From positions 1 to 64,000 of the forward strand of contig JBEQLE010000005.1 in assembly GCA_040326155.1 (NCBI GenBank): a stretch of DNA of 64,000 bases, in the 5' to 3' direction. The position numbers and the translations under genes are program-made. This DNA comes from Leptospirales bacterium. GTDB lineage: Bacteria; Spirochaetota; Leptospiria; Turneriellales; JAOUFE01. Positions 1-9,761 of this stretch are shown here, in pieces. Every line of letters begins with the position of its first letter. The stretch's first letter is position 1. The notes below the pieces were generated by a model. The model was not told where the DNA came from and did no database searches. It saw only the letters and a program-made list of their open reading frames with translations.

Positions 1-670
1 TGCTTCGTCCAGCTCATCTAAAGACAGGTCTTCTTCCATGGGAGCCAGAGGTTCTTCTGTTATCGTTTCAACGGGTGAAACTTCGTCTGCCTCTTCTAAT
101 ATGGAGTCAAATTCGTCATCGGAGAGTGCTATCGGGCCATCGTCTTCGTTATCCTTGAAAAAGTCAGTTGTTTCTTCTGCATTTGTTGTATCCGATATTT
201 GTTCTGGTGTTTCGTCCGATGTTTCCAGATTTTGTTCGGCTGGTGTTGCTTCGTCCAACTCATCTAAAGACAGCTCTTCTTCCATGGGAGCCAGAGGTTC
301 TTCTGTTATCGTTTCAACGGGTGAAACTTCGTCTGCCTCTTCTAATATGGAGTCAAATTCGTCATCGGAGAGTGCTATCGGGCCATCGTCTTCGTTATCC
401 TTGAAAAAGTCAGTTGTTTCTTCTGCATTTGTTGTATCCGATATTTGTTCTGGTGTTTCGTCCGGTGTTTCCAGATTTTGTTCGGCTGGTGTTGCTTCGT
501 CCAGCTCATCTAAAGACAGGTCTTCTTCCATGGGAGCCAGAGGTTCTTCTGTTATCGTTTCAACGGGTGTAATCTGGTCTGCCTCTTCTAGTATAGAGTC
601 AAATTCGTCATCGGAGAGCGCTATCGGTCCTTCATCATCTTCTTCTTCATTAAAAAAATCAGTCGTCTCT
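1..670. repeat. 246-bp (82-aa) tandem repeat, about 2.7 copies visible
   Basis: TGCTTCGTCCAxCTCATCTAAAGACAG recurs at 1, 247 and 493. Copies 1 and 2 are nearly identical; the third diverges after ~570. Confidence 0.95.
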
Positions 671-1353
671 GGTTCAATATTTGATCCTGGAGACGGGGCG
701 TAATCTTCCATTTTTACAGGGATATCTTCTTCTTGTTCTAATTCGTCGCTCACTTCAAGTGGTGACGATGTATCGGAAGGGGGGAGGGTAATTTCATCAG
801 AATCAATTTGCAACTCACCGCTTAAATCAGCTTCATTTATGTTATCAATATCATCTAGTTCAACATTCAGCTCTATATCTTCTTCTAAAAGTTTATCAAC
901 AGGCTCACTTTCTTCTTTAATATCATCAATAATTATATCATCGTCCAGAGTATCTTCGGTCAAATCAACTGCGGGTGGGGCTTCCAATACGGAATTTTCA
1001 AAATCAGTGACCGTTTCTTCGGTAGAGATGGTCACGGGTTCTACGTTAAAGTCCGAAATTTCAGGTAAGAAATCATCGGCTGGCTCTTCCTTTACACCAT
1101 CTGCATTTTCTATACCAACCTCGTCTTGCAGATCGTCTGATTCCGGCTGCTCGGGCAAATAATCTTCGGGAGTTGTAACTTCGTCCCAACCAATTCCTGT
1201 TTCTTGCGATTGCCGTGATATTTCATCGCCGGCTTCATCAAAATCATCCGAAGTAATAATTTGATGTCGCCAATCTGAAGATTCTTTAACTTTCATAGAG
1301 TTATTCCTGTCTGTTTGTTTATCTATTTCTGTTTCGACCATTATGCTGCTCAT
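1..1353 (-). CDS. Highly acidic, low-complexity tandem-repeat protein, running off the left edge; possible polar-landmark or scaffold protein
   Basis: Open minus frame from ATG 1353 (in-frame alternative ATGs at 1341 and 1296) to position 1. It reads MKVKESSDWRHQIITSDDFDEAG... and then repeats of ETTDFFKDNEDDGPIALSDDEFDSILEEADEVSPVETITEEPLAPMEE. It is absent from the ORF track because it has no stop in the window. Confidence 0.85.
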   Translation of the reverse strand, partial: MSSIMVETEIDKQTDRNNSMKVKESSDWRHQIITSDDFDEAGDEISRQSQETGIGWDEVTTPEDYLPEQPESDDLQDEVGIENADGVKEEPADDFLPEISDFNVEPVTISTEETVTDFENSVLEAPPAVDLTEDTLDDDIIIDDIKEESEPVDKLLEEDIELNVELDDIDNINEADLSGELQIDSDEITLPPSDTSSPLEVSDELEQEEDIPVKMEDYAPSPGSNIEPETTDFFNEEEDDEGPIALSDDEFDSILEEADQITPVETITEEPLAPMEEDLSLDELDEATPAEQNLETPDETPEQISDTTNAEETTDFFKDNEDDGPIALSDDEFDSILEEADEVSPVETITEEPLAPMEEELSLDELDEATPAEQNLETSDETPEQISDTTNAEETTDFFKDNEDDGPIALSDDEFDSILEEADEVSPVETITEEPLAPMEEDLSLDELDEA

Positions 1354-1362
1354 CTACATAAC

Positions 1363-1389
1363 TTATCGACTAATCAATTTTTTTTCTTA
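1363..1389 (-). promoter_or_regulatory. sigma28-type promoter candidate
   Basis: Minus strand TAAG-N15-GTCGATAA, ending 9 nt before ATG 1353 (consensus TAAA-N15-GCCGATAA). Confidence 0.55.
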
Positions 1390-1663
1390 ATCAGACCATT
1401 TTTTATATTAGCTATTTTCCCATAGAGGCACAATATTTTGCGAAATTTAGTCAATAATGCCTTTTGAGCCATATTGGTCAATAAAATTTACGGCTTCTGG
1501 GAGGCAGCCGTAAAAAATCCTAGACATAATGGATATGGTTTATTAATTAGACTCTGCTAATTTCATGGGAGCAACCATAAATTGTTGAAATTCTGAAGGA
1601 TGTCAACCTTTGTTCCCAAACATAAATAGAAGAGATAGCGCACGTTTTTTGGAAGGAGAAAGC

Positions 1664-2047
1664 ATGAAGAGCAAGTCTGTGAGTATACTCGCTTTGCTCG
1701 CTACATCGATACTCTTTTTTGTTGGCTGTAATAGTTCAACTCGCGGAGATGATGGTGATAGCGTAGTTAATGCACCCGGAAAAGAAATCTACGATACAAA
1801 TTGTTCAAATTGCCATGGACCAACTGGTGAAGGCGATGGTCAAGCGGGTCTGAATTTAAAACCCAGACCAAGGAACTATGTTAAAGACGGGTTCAAATAT
1901 GGATCTCGAATCGAAGAAATCGTGCTGACTGTACGAGATGGATTGGAAGATACGGACATGCCCCCTTGGGGAGACTCATTATCTGATGATGAAATTAGGC
2001 AAGTGGCCATTTACGTAAGGGAATTGGCCAGCCGAAAGGAAAATTAA
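1664..2047 (+). CDS. Monoheme cytochrome c lipoprotein
   Basis: GGAAGGAG RBS before ATG 1664; lipobox-type FVGC; CSNCH heme motif; distal Met in DMPPW. Confidence 0.9.
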   Translation: MKSKSVSILALLATSILFFVGCNSSTRGDDGDSVVNAPGKEIYDTNCSNCHGPTGEGDGQAGLNLKPRPRNYVKDGFKYGSRIEEIVLTVRDGLEDTDMPPWGDSLSDDEIRQVAIYVRELASRKEN

Positions 2048-2071
2048 ACGATCACTGATCAACCGGAGCGA

Positions 2072-2644
2072 ATGGTTATGAAAGGAAAAGCACTAAAGAT
2101 CGGTATACCAATCTTTTTATTAGGTGGACTTATTTGGGCAATGATGGGAAATTATCCCTATGCTCAAATCGGATATGGCCCAAAGCAGCCTGTCGAATAT
2201 AGTCATAAAAAACACGCAGGCGATTTTAATATGGATTGCCAATATTGTCATACAGGCGTTACGACCGGGAAAAAAGCCGGTGTTCCAAGTATAAATATCT
2301 GTATGAATTGTCATGTCTCTGTAGGTTTCAAAGAAGATATGTTTACTCCTCTGGATAAATTGCAGCCATTACATGATAAATGGGATGCTGGAGAAAGTCC
2401 ACAGTGGGTTAGAATTCACAACATGCCGGACCATGTAAGGTTTTCGCATGCACCTCATGTGAATTCATTGAGTAAACCGGGAGAACCGACTAAAGAAGTT
2501 TGTAAAACTTGCCATGGCGATGTAGCCAGTATGGAAGTTGTAGAGCAAGTCGAGTCGCTAAACATGGGTTTTTGTGTCAGTTGTCACAAAGAGAAGAGAG
2601 AGACCCATGATACCCGAATGAATTGTAGTACCTGTCACTATTGA
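2072..2644 (+). CDS. actA: Alternative complex III pentaheme cytochrome c subunit ActA
   Basis: N-terminal TM helix; five CxxCH motifs (CQYCH, CMNCH, CKTCH, CVSCH, CSTCH); QPVEYSHKKH and WVRIHNMPDHVRFSH motifs. Confidence 0.92.
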   Translation: MVMKGKALKIGIPIFLLGGLIWAMMGNYPYAQIGYGPKQPVEYSHKKHAGDFNMDCQYCHTGVTTGKKAGVPSINICMNCHVSVGFKEDMFTPLDKLQPLHDKWDAGESPQWVRIHNMPDHVRFSHAPHVNSLSKPGEPTKEVCKTCHGDVASMEVVEQVESLNMGFCVSCHKEKRETHDTRMNCSTCHY

Positions 2645-2710
2645 TATTTGTTAAGAGTATCTATTGTTGATGAAAGGTTATAGTAGTTATAATAAAGAAG
2701 GAGAATTTCG

Positions 2711-5700
2711 ATGAATGCAAACTCTGAGAAAGGTAATATGTGGCGTTCGGTAGAAGCGAAAGAGCGGCAAAAATACGAGGTCGAAAAGGCTTCGCCTAAT
2801 GAATTTCCTGCCGCGGTCACGGAGTTAATCGAGAAAGGTTTTAATTATTCACTGGATCGAAAAAAGTTTTTAACCATTATGGGAGCTTCCCTGAGTATGG
2901 CCGGTATTAATTGTGCTAAACAGCCGGCTGAAAAAATTGTTCCCTATGTATTTCGACCACCCGAGGCTCAACCCGGTATTCCGGTCCATTATGCCACTGC
3001 AAGGGTAAACCACCAGGGCGTTTTACCAATTCTGGTAAAAGCAAGAGAAGGAAAGCCGATTAAAATTGACGGTCATGATGAGCATCCTGTTAGTAAAGGA
3101 GCAATGACTGCCGATGGTTTTGCCGGTATCTGGGAACTTTATGACCCTGACAGGTTGAAAACATCAGCTGAGAAAACATCTGCTGATTTTTCCGATATTG
3201 ATACTGCCACGGCTATAGCTAAAGCTGTTGAAATTGTCAAAGGCGCATCGAATGTGCGGGTACTTTCCCGAGCTTCGTATAGCCCTTCTGAGAAAAAAGC
3301 AAAAAGCTCTTTTTTACGAGCACGAGGCTCGCGTACACAGGTTGTTTATGACGCAGGTGGAAACCAGGCTCAACTTTTTGCCGGTGAAGCCAAAAGTTAT
3401 GGCTCAGCAATAATTCCCCAGTACCGTTTCGATAAAGCCGACTTAATTGTATCCATTGGAGCCGACTTTTTAGGAACCTGGATAACACCTGAAGTTTATA
3501 CAAAACAACATTCAAGCCGGAGAAATCCGGATAAAAATATGAACAGGTTGGTTGTTGCCGAAACAATGATGTCATTGACCGGCGCAAACGCTGATACACG
3601 GTTTCCTATTTCTGCGGGAACTCACCTTGTATTTGCTTTAGGTCTGGCTAAGCAGTTATTATCTGGTTCTGCATATGCAAACAACGCTTCTGTTAAAAAA
3701 GCGGTCGCACCTTACACCGCTGAGAAAACAGCTGCGATAACAGGTGTCGATGCGACGCAAATTAAGTCGATTGCTAAAGAACTAAAGAAGAAAAAAGGAA
3801 AATCTCTGGTTGTTGCAGGCGGAACAAACACGCTCGACGGAGATCTTGGTTCTATTCAGGTTGTTGCCAACTTAATCAATTCGATTTTAGGGAATGACGG
3901 AAAAACAATAGAGCACAATGTTCCACTTCTAGAGAAGGGAGACTTTTCATCCCCGGCGGAACTTGCTAAACTTATCGATGACATGAAAAATGGAAACGTC
4001 GATGTTCTTATTCTCGATAGAGCAAATCCGGTATTTGACCTACCGGCTGAGTCAGGTATTCGCGAAGCGATTAAAAATGTAAAAAATGTAATCGCGATTG
4101 CAGACCACAAAGATGAATCAGCTTCTGAGGCAAATCTGGTAATTGCTGCAAGCCACTATCTTGAGTCGTGGAATGACGGGTATAGCTCCGGTGTCTATTC
4201 GGTAGCACAACCGGTTATTCGGCCCTTGTTTGATACGCAAAGTGTTGGCGAAATCTGGCTGCAATTGGCAGGTTTAGATTCGAATTACTACAATTTTATT
4301 AAAGATGACAATGCCGGTTCTTATCTTACCGGTTCTTTGAATATTGCTTTTGAAAAAGCCCTTTCGGATGGTTTTTTCGTAGCTAGAAGAGGCGGTTCTT
4401 CTTCTTCTCGAAAATTTAAAGCAGGGGCTCTTAGCTCTATTAAAGCGCCGACGGAAGCAAATTCAGGTTTAACCCTGACTTTGTATGAAAGTGTACAAAT
4501 TGGCGATGGTATAAATGGAAATAACTCTTACCGTCACGAGTTACCTGACCCGATTACTAAAATCTGTTGGGAAAACTTTGTAGCCGTATCAAAAGCCGAC
4601 GCACAAAGCAACGGTTGGAGATTGGGCGATCTTTTGGAAGTAAGCAGAGAAGGGCGATCTATTAAAGCGCCAATTTATATACAACCCGGTTTAAAAGACG
4701 GAAGTGTAGCGCTTGCAATTGGTTATGGTCATGAAAGTATCGGAAGTGTCGGTGACGGAGTAGGGGCAAACGCCTGGACTCTGGCCGGTTTTAGTAAAAA
4801 CGGAAGTACTTTTGATGGTCTTAGCGTTGAAATTAAAAAAGTAGAGAGTGGATATCGCACTGCAACTACCCAGAGACACCATGACATGCATGGTAGAGGG
4901 TTAGTACGACATGCGCCGCTTTCTGATTATAAAGAAAACCCAAAAGCGGGTAGTATCGAACATGACCTTCACCTTCCGGGAAGGGGATTGTATCCTGTTC
5001 ATGATTACAGCATACTGGCAGAAGGTAAAGGCACCTATAAATGGGGTATGGCAATTGATTTGTCTAAATGTACTGGATGCTCAGCATGTGTTATCAGTTG
5101 TTATTCTGAAAATAACATCCCGGTAACCGGTAAAGATGAAGTCTGGCGCGGACGTGAAATGAGCTGGATGCGAATTGACCGTTATTTTGAAGGTGAAATC
5201 GAGAACCCTACCGCACACTTTGCCCCGGTCATGTGCCAGCATTGTGAGAATGCACCGTGTGAAAATGTGTGTCCTACAAATGCTACACAGCACAGTCCTG
5301 AAGGGCTAAACGACATGGCTTACAACAGATGTATTGGAACAAGATATTGCTCCGACAACTGTCCTTTTAAAGTTCGTCGTTTTAACTGGTTTGAACAATG
5401 GGAAGGTAAAATTGCCGACCCTGCACAATATGCGCTGAACCCCGATGTAACTGTTCGTGGGCGCGGAGTTATTGAGAAATGTTCATTCTGTGTACAAAGA
5501 ATTAATGAACAAAGACAAATGGCCAAATCTGAAGGTCGTAAAATAGAAGAAAAAGACCTTAAGACGGCTTGTCAGCAAGGTTGCCCTGCGGATGCAATTG
5601 TATTCGGAGACATAGGCAATAAAGAAACGATGGCAAGAGCGCAATGGGACTTGGAACGCGGATATCGCATGTTAGATGAAGTAAACGTGCATCCGAGAGT

Positions 5701-5734
5701 AAAATATTTAACCCGAATTATAAATCAAGGTTAA
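2711..5734 (+). CDS. actB: ACIII subunit ActB: molybdopterin-oxidoreductase-like domain fused to an Fe-S domain
   Basis: Tat-like leader with Cys; REGKPIKIDGH and LYDPDR motifs; C-terminal CTGCSACVISC, CQHCENAPCENVC, CIGTRYCSDNC and CSFC..ACQQGC clusters. Confidence 0.93.
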   Translation: MNANSEKGNMWRSVEAKERQKYEVEKASPNEFPAAVTELIEKGFNYSLDRKKFLTIMGASLSMAGINCAKQPAEKIVPYVFRPPEAQPGIPVHYATARVNHQGVLPILVKAREGKPIKIDGHDEHPVSKGAMTADGFAGIWELYDPDRLKTSAEKTSADFSDIDTATAIAKAVEIVKGASNVRVLSRASYSPSEKKAKSSFLRARGSRTQVVYDAGGNQAQLFAGEAKSYGSAIIPQYRFDKADLIVSIGADFLGTWITPEVYTKQHSSRRNPDKNMNRLVVAETMMSLTGANADTRFPISAGTHLVFALGLAKQLLSGSAYANNASVKKAVAPYTAEKTAAITGVDATQIKSIAKELKKKKGKSLVVAGGTNTLDGDLGSIQVVANLINSILGNDGKTIEHNVPLLEKGDFSSPAELAKLIDDMKNGNVDVLILDRANPVFDLPAESGIREAIKNVKNVIAIADHKDESASEANLVIAASHYLESWNDGYSSGVYSVAQPVIRPLFDTQSVGEIWLQLAGLDSNYYNFIKDDNAGSYLTGSLNIAFEKALSDGFFVARRGGSSSSRKFKAGALSSIKAPTEANSGLTLTLYESVQIGDGINGNNSYRHELPDPITKICWENFVAVSKADAQSNGWRLGDLLEVSREGRSIKAPIYIQPGLKDGSVALAIGYGHESIGSVGDGVGANAWTLAGFSKNGSTFDGLSVEIKKVESGYRTATTQRHHDMHGRGLVRHAPLSDYKENPKAGSIEHDLHLPGRGLYPVHDYSILAEGKGTYKWGMAIDLSKCTGCSACVISCYSENNIPVTGKDEVWRGREMSWMRIDRYFEGEIENPTAHFAPVMCQHCENAPCENVCPTNATQHSPEGLNDMAYNRCIGTRYCSDNCPFKVRRFNWFEQWEGKIADPAQYALNPDVTVRGRGVIEKCSFCVQRINEQRQMAKSEGRKIEEKDLKTACQQGCPADAIVFGDIGNKETMARAQWDLERGYRMLDEVNVHPRVKYLTRIINQG

Positions 5735-5762
5735 CTGAGCAGGGAAAACAGAAGGAGCAGCT

Positions 5763-7169
5763 ATGAGTACAGAGAATGTGTACAGCATTGGGAAGCCCGA
5801 TGGCGAAATAGATAACGATATTTTACGGCCAGTTGAAAGCTTTCCAACAAAATTATGGTGGATAGCATTTGCCTTGGCAACCACCGCTATGCTGGTAATG
5901 TGGGGTATCATCGGGTATTCCTTTAAAGTCGGTTTAGGAATTCTGGGTATCAATAATCCGGTAGCATGGGGTTTTTATATTATTAACTTCGTATTCTGGG
6001 TTGGTATTGGTCATGCAGGAACCTTGATTTCGGCAATTCTTTATCTTTTTAGACAAAGGTGGAGAACATCGATTAACCGGGCCGCAGAAGCGATGACGAT
6101 TTTTGCGGTAATGACTGCCGCGTTATTTCCCCTGATTCACCTGGGGCGTCCCTGGATGGTATTTTTTATCTTTCCATACCCAAATGAAAGAGGACCGATC
6201 TGGACAAATTTTAAATCTCCTTTATTATGGGATGTTTTTGCCATTGGGACGTATTTCAGCGTATCATTGGTTTTTTGGTATATGGGTCTTGTTCCCGATA
6301 TCGCTACAATGCGAGACCGGTTAACAAACATGGAACCAAAGACAAAACTCGGCAAATTTCTATTGGGCATTAAGAAAATAACTGTAAGAATAATGGCCAT
6401 TGGGTGGGTAGGTTCAGCAAAAACCTGGCTTCATTACGAAAAAATGGTAATGGTACTGGCAGCTCTCTCAACTCCTCTGGTACTTTCGGTTCACTCGATT
6501 GTATCTATGGACTTTGCCACCTCGGTAATTCCTGGTTGGCACGCTACAATCTTTCCGCCATACTTTGTTGCCGGAGCGATTTACTCAGGGTTTGCCATGG
6601 TAATGACGATTATGATTATCAGTCGTGAAGTTTTTCAATTGAAATCTTATATTACAATGAAGCACCTTGAAAACATGGCTCTGGTAATTCTACTTACCGG
6701 TATGATGGTATCGTTTGCCTATACAATTGAGTTTGTTGTTGCCGCTTATAGCGGAAACGGGGTTGAACAATATGTATTCAAAAACCGAATGGGTATTTTA
6801 GATCACGCTTCACCGTATGCCTGGTCCTTCTGGATTATGTTTACTTGTAATGTGGTATCACCTCACTTTATGTGGTTCAAAAAGTTAAGAACGAATATAA
6901 CCGTATTATTTATTATCTCGATAGTAGTAAATATCGGAATGTGGTTTGAAAGGTACGTAATTGTTGTAACATCTTTGCACAGAGACTACCTTCCCTCAAG
7001 TTGGGATTTATACATTCCCACATGGGCAGATTATGGCGTCTTGATCGGAGCATTCGGATGGTTCTTTTTCTGGTACCTTCTGTTTGTTCGAGCCTTACCT
7101 TCCATTGCGATTGCAGAGGTAAAAGCTGATGAAGCCGGGGATAAACTGGCGAAAGGGTTTGGCCATTAA
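5763..7169 (+). CDS. actC: ACIII quinol-oxidising membrane subunit ActC (NrfD/PsrC family)
   Basis: NFVFWVGIGHAGTLISAIL, RAAEAMT, IHLGRPW, SPLLWD and GMWFER motifs; multiple TM helices. Confidence 0.95.
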   Translation: MSTENVYSIGKPDGEIDNDILRPVESFPTKLWWIAFALATTAMLVMWGIIGYSFKVGLGILGINNPVAWGFYIINFVFWVGIGHAGTLISAILYLFRQRWRTSINRAAEAMTIFAVMTAALFPLIHLGRPWMVFFIFPYPNERGPIWTNFKSPLLWDVFAIGTYFSVSLVFWYMGLVPDIATMRDRLTNMEPKTKLGKFLLGIKKITVRIMAIGWVGSAKTWLHYEKMVMVLAALSTPLVLSVHSIVSMDFATSVIPGWHATIFPPYFVAGAIYSGFAMVMTIMIISREVFQLKSYITMKHLENMALVILLTGMMVSFAYTIEFVVAAYSGNGVEQYVFKNRMGILDHASPYAWSFWIMFTCNVVSPHFMWFKKLRTNITVLFIISIVVNIGMWFERYVIVVTSLHRDYLPSSWDLYIPTWADYGVLIGAFGWFFFWYLLFVRALPSIAIAEVKADEAGDKLAKGFGH

Positions 7170-7183
7170 AAGGGGGAATCGAT

Positions 7184-7744
7184 ATGGTAAGTTTCAGCGA
7201 AATTAAAAAAGGATTATTCCGATACGAGGAAGCCGTCGGAGGATGGGTCGCTACTATTAAAAGTGCGGCTGATCTTCTGAAAGCGGCTGAAAAAGTTAAA
7301 GAGGCCGGGGTTAAAAAATTCGATTGCTTTTCACCTTTTCCAATTCATGGATTAGAAAAAGCAATGGGGCTTTCTCGCTCCTGGGTACCATTTATTACCT
7401 TAATTTTTGGCTTAAGCGGAGGGGTAATAGGCTTTCTACTTATGACATGGATTGAGACCAGCGATTGGCCGGTGCTGCATGGCGGTAAACCGTTGTGGGC
7501 ATGGCCTGCTTTTATACCGATTACTTTCGAGTTAACGATACTTTTCGGCGCCTTTTCTACAGTGGGTGTTACCTTGTATTTAGGCCGATTGGGGAAAATT
7601 TCCCGCAAACCGGTAGTAAATTCCATTACATCCGATGGTTTTGCGGTCTGGATAGGCGATTCCATAGGAAAAGATGAAATTGCTAAAATGTTAGATGGCT
7701 TATACGACGAAATAATTGAAACGCCGGATCCTGAGAGATCCTAA
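7184..7744 (+). CDS. actD: ACIII subunit ActD (DUF3341-type)
   Basis: FSPFPIHGL, DWPVLHGGKP and PAFIPITFELTILF motifs; position in the operon. Confidence 0.92.
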   Translation: MVSFSEIKKGLFRYEEAVGGWVATIKSAADLLKAAEKVKEAGVKKFDCFSPFPIHGLEKAMGLSRSWVPFITLIFGLSGGVIGFLLMTWIETSDWPVLHGGKPLWAWPAFIPITFELTILFGAFSTVGVTLYLGRLGKISRKPVVNSITSDGFAVWIGDSIGKDEIAKMLDGLYDEIIETPDPERS

Positions 7745-7756
7745 AGAGAGGACAAA

Positions 7757-8437
7757 GTGAAAAAACAAGCAATATTAATAAGTTTGTTAGCTTTAACAAT
7801 GCTCAACTGTAAGGGTATCCGTCGCGATTATCACTGGTTTATGGATATGGCGTATTCACCCGCTATAGACTCACAGCGAAATGACCCGATGGATCGTGTA
7901 GAAATTCAAGGTTTAGACAAACCTCGAGTTGGAAACCGGTTACCGCCGGAAAACACCGTACCGTATAAATTCTTGAATCCTATCTATAATACAGATGCTC
8001 CAGGAATATATGTAATTGATGGTACAATGCTATATTACCGGTACAATGGTATTGATTACGATGGAGGTTCTTCAAACGAAGACCTGGCTCCATTATTAGC
8101 CGTACTGAAGTCTCCCTGGAAAAGTAAAGACGAAGCCATTGAGCGCGGTGAGCAAAGATTTAAAATCTATTGCGCTCCTTGTCATGGAGCAGACGGAAAA
8201 GCGGTTACGCCGGTAAACGATGTCTGGCAGGGAATTCCTGCTTTAAGAGCTGAGGAAGCTGGCGAAGATGAGTGGATTAGTCCTAGAGACATTGAGAAGT
8301 GGAGTGAGGCTCGTTATTTTATGGCTATTACGGTTGGCGTTGGCGCAATGCCTCCCTATGCCTCGCAGATACCTGAACGAGATCGCTGGGCGATTGCAGC
8401 GTACTTGAAAAAACTTCAGCGTGACGCCAGAAAATAA
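7757..8437 (+). CDS. actE: ACIII monoheme cytochrome c lipoprotein ActE
   Basis: Lipoprotein signal (MLNC); DMAYSP, RLPPENTVP, YCAPCHG and MPPYASQI..DRWAI motifs. Confidence 0.92.
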   Translation: MKKQAILISLLALTMLNCKGIRRDYHWFMDMAYSPAIDSQRNDPMDRVEIQGLDKPRVGNRLPPENTVPYKFLNPIYNTDAPGIYVIDGTMLYYRYNGIDYDGGSSNEDLAPLLAVLKSPWKSKDEAIERGEQRFKIYCAPCHGADGKAVTPVNDVWQGIPALRAEEAGEDEWISPRDIEKWSEARYFMAITVGVGAMPPYASQIPERDRWAIAAYLKKLQRDARK

Positions 8438-8450
8438 GCAGGAGAATAAA

Positions 8451-9629
8451 ATGGAAAAATTCAAAGTACCCAGTAAGACAAAAAATATTTTATTAGCCTG
8501 TATAGGCATTGGCGTCATCTCATTGGTCGCTGGCTTTTTAGTCGACCCAGCCAGAGCATGGTCGGGTCTATTAGTTATAGGTTGGTATGTATTAACCATC
8601 GCCTTGTTTGGCGGGTTTTTTACAGCGTTGCAATTTATTGGCGGCGCAAAATGGTCGGTCGTGGTTCGACGAGTCACCGAATCTATGGTATGGATAGTAC
8701 CTGTTGCACTGTTATTGATTATCGGTGTATTTTTCGGTTTAGACCATATCTACGAGTGGGCCGATATAGAATGGTTAAAAGCGCAGCATTTTCAAGAGGG
8801 CAAGGAAACCTTCTTTAATAAGAATTTCTTTATGGCAAGACTTTTGGGTTATTTTGTAATCTGGACCCTGGTTGGTTTCTGGATGCGAAGTGTATCTTTG
8901 AAACAAGATACAACTAAAGATCCTGCTACTCGTACAAAACTAACTAAAATAAGCACGGGTTATATGTTATTTTTTGCTTATTCTATAGCTTTAACTGCAA
9001 TTGATCTGATTATGTCAGTTGAGCCTCACTGGTATACAACTATGTTTCCAATATACTGCTTTGCAGGTTTGGCATATACCGGTTTTGGAGCTCTAATTCT
9101 AATTACTTCACATGTGAAAGCAAATGGCGGGCTTACGGGAATGACCAAAGAGCACTTTCACGATTTAGGTAAATATCAATTTGTTTTTACCGTGTTCTGG
9201 GGTTACATTGCATTTTCTCAGCATATGCTTACATGGTATGCGAACCTTCCAGAAGAGACAATCTATCTGGAACACAGACTGAGTGGAGCATGGGGTTATT
9301 TTACCATCTTCTTGTGGCTTGGTCATTTTGTAATTCCTCTATTCATATTACTTTCGAGTAAATTGAAAAGAACCCCGCATAAACTTGCAAGAGTTGCGTG
9401 GCTGACCACCTTTATGGGTTTTGTTGACGTCGTCTGGATGGTATACGCCGGAGACCTTCAACGACACCACTTTCACGATTTTCCATTCAAATGGATGGAA
9501 CTCGGGTTATACATAGGGGCTGTAGGAATAATTGGGTTTGTCGTCCTGACTGCTTACAGCAAAGTGGTTCCGGAACCAATTGGTGACCCTTACTACGAGG
9601 ACTCACTAAATTTCCATCAAACTCATTAA
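8451..9629 (+). CDS. actF: ACIII membrane subunit ActF
   Basis: GGAG RBS before ATG 8451; AKWSVVVRR, DLIMSVEPHWYTTMF, HFHDLGK and WYANLPEE motifs. Confidence 0.92.
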   Translation: MEKFKVPSKTKNILLACIGIGVISLVAGFLVDPARAWSGLLVIGWYVLTIALFGGFFTALQFIGGAKWSVVVRRVTESMVWIVPVALLLIIGVFFGLDHIYEWADIEWLKAQHFQEGKETFFNKNFFMARLLGYFVIWTLVGFWMRSVSLKQDTTKDPATRTKLTKISTGYMLFFAYSIALTAIDLIMSVEPHWYTTMFPIYCFAGLAYTGFGALILITSHVKANGGLTGMTKEHFHDLGKYQFVFTVFWGYIAFSQHMLTWYANLPEETIYLEHRLSGAWGYFTIFLWLGHFVIPLFILLSSKLKRTPHKLARVAWLTTFMGFVDVVWMVYAGDLQRHHFHDFPFKWMELGLYIGAVGIIGFVVLTAYSKVVPEPIGDPYYEDSLNFHQTH

Positions 9630-9642
9630 TTTGTTTGATTTT

Positions 9643-9713
9643 GCGGGCGTGGTGTAACGGTAGCACAAGAGCCTTCCAAGCTCTTAGCGTGGGTTCGAGT
9701 CCCATCGCCCGCT
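9643..9713 (+). tRNA. tRNA-Gly (TCC)
   Basis: Acceptor stem GCGGGCG/CGCCCGC; anticodon arm AGAGC-CTTCCAA-GCTCT; T arm GGTTCGAGTCC; CCA not encoded. Confidence 0.97.
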
Positions 9714-9761
9714 ATTTGTATATAAAGATTTGTATAAAAAGATTTATTTAAAAAGGCCTAT

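Noticed and set aside
1..670. Tandem repeat as a CRISPR array
   Set aside because: The 246-bp units are in-frame coding repeats with no unique spacers.
38..1162. Ser-rich plus-strand ORFs 38..703 and 839..1162
   Set aside because: They are antisense shadows of the acidic minus-strand gene: GAA/GAT codons read as TTC/TCx on the other strand.
2641..2654. FNR-like box TTGAT-N4-GTTAA between actA and actB
   Set aside because: It has two mismatches in AT-rich sequence, overlaps the actA stop and lies inside the operon.
2711..5734. ActB as an active molybdoenzyme such as polysulfide or formate dehydrogenase
   Set aside because: The complete actA-F context identifies ACIII, whose ActB is known to lack the Mo cofactor.
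9643..9760. tRNA-Gly as an island integration site
   Set aside because: No integrase and no duplicated tRNA 3' end was noticed; the flanks are housekeeping genes.
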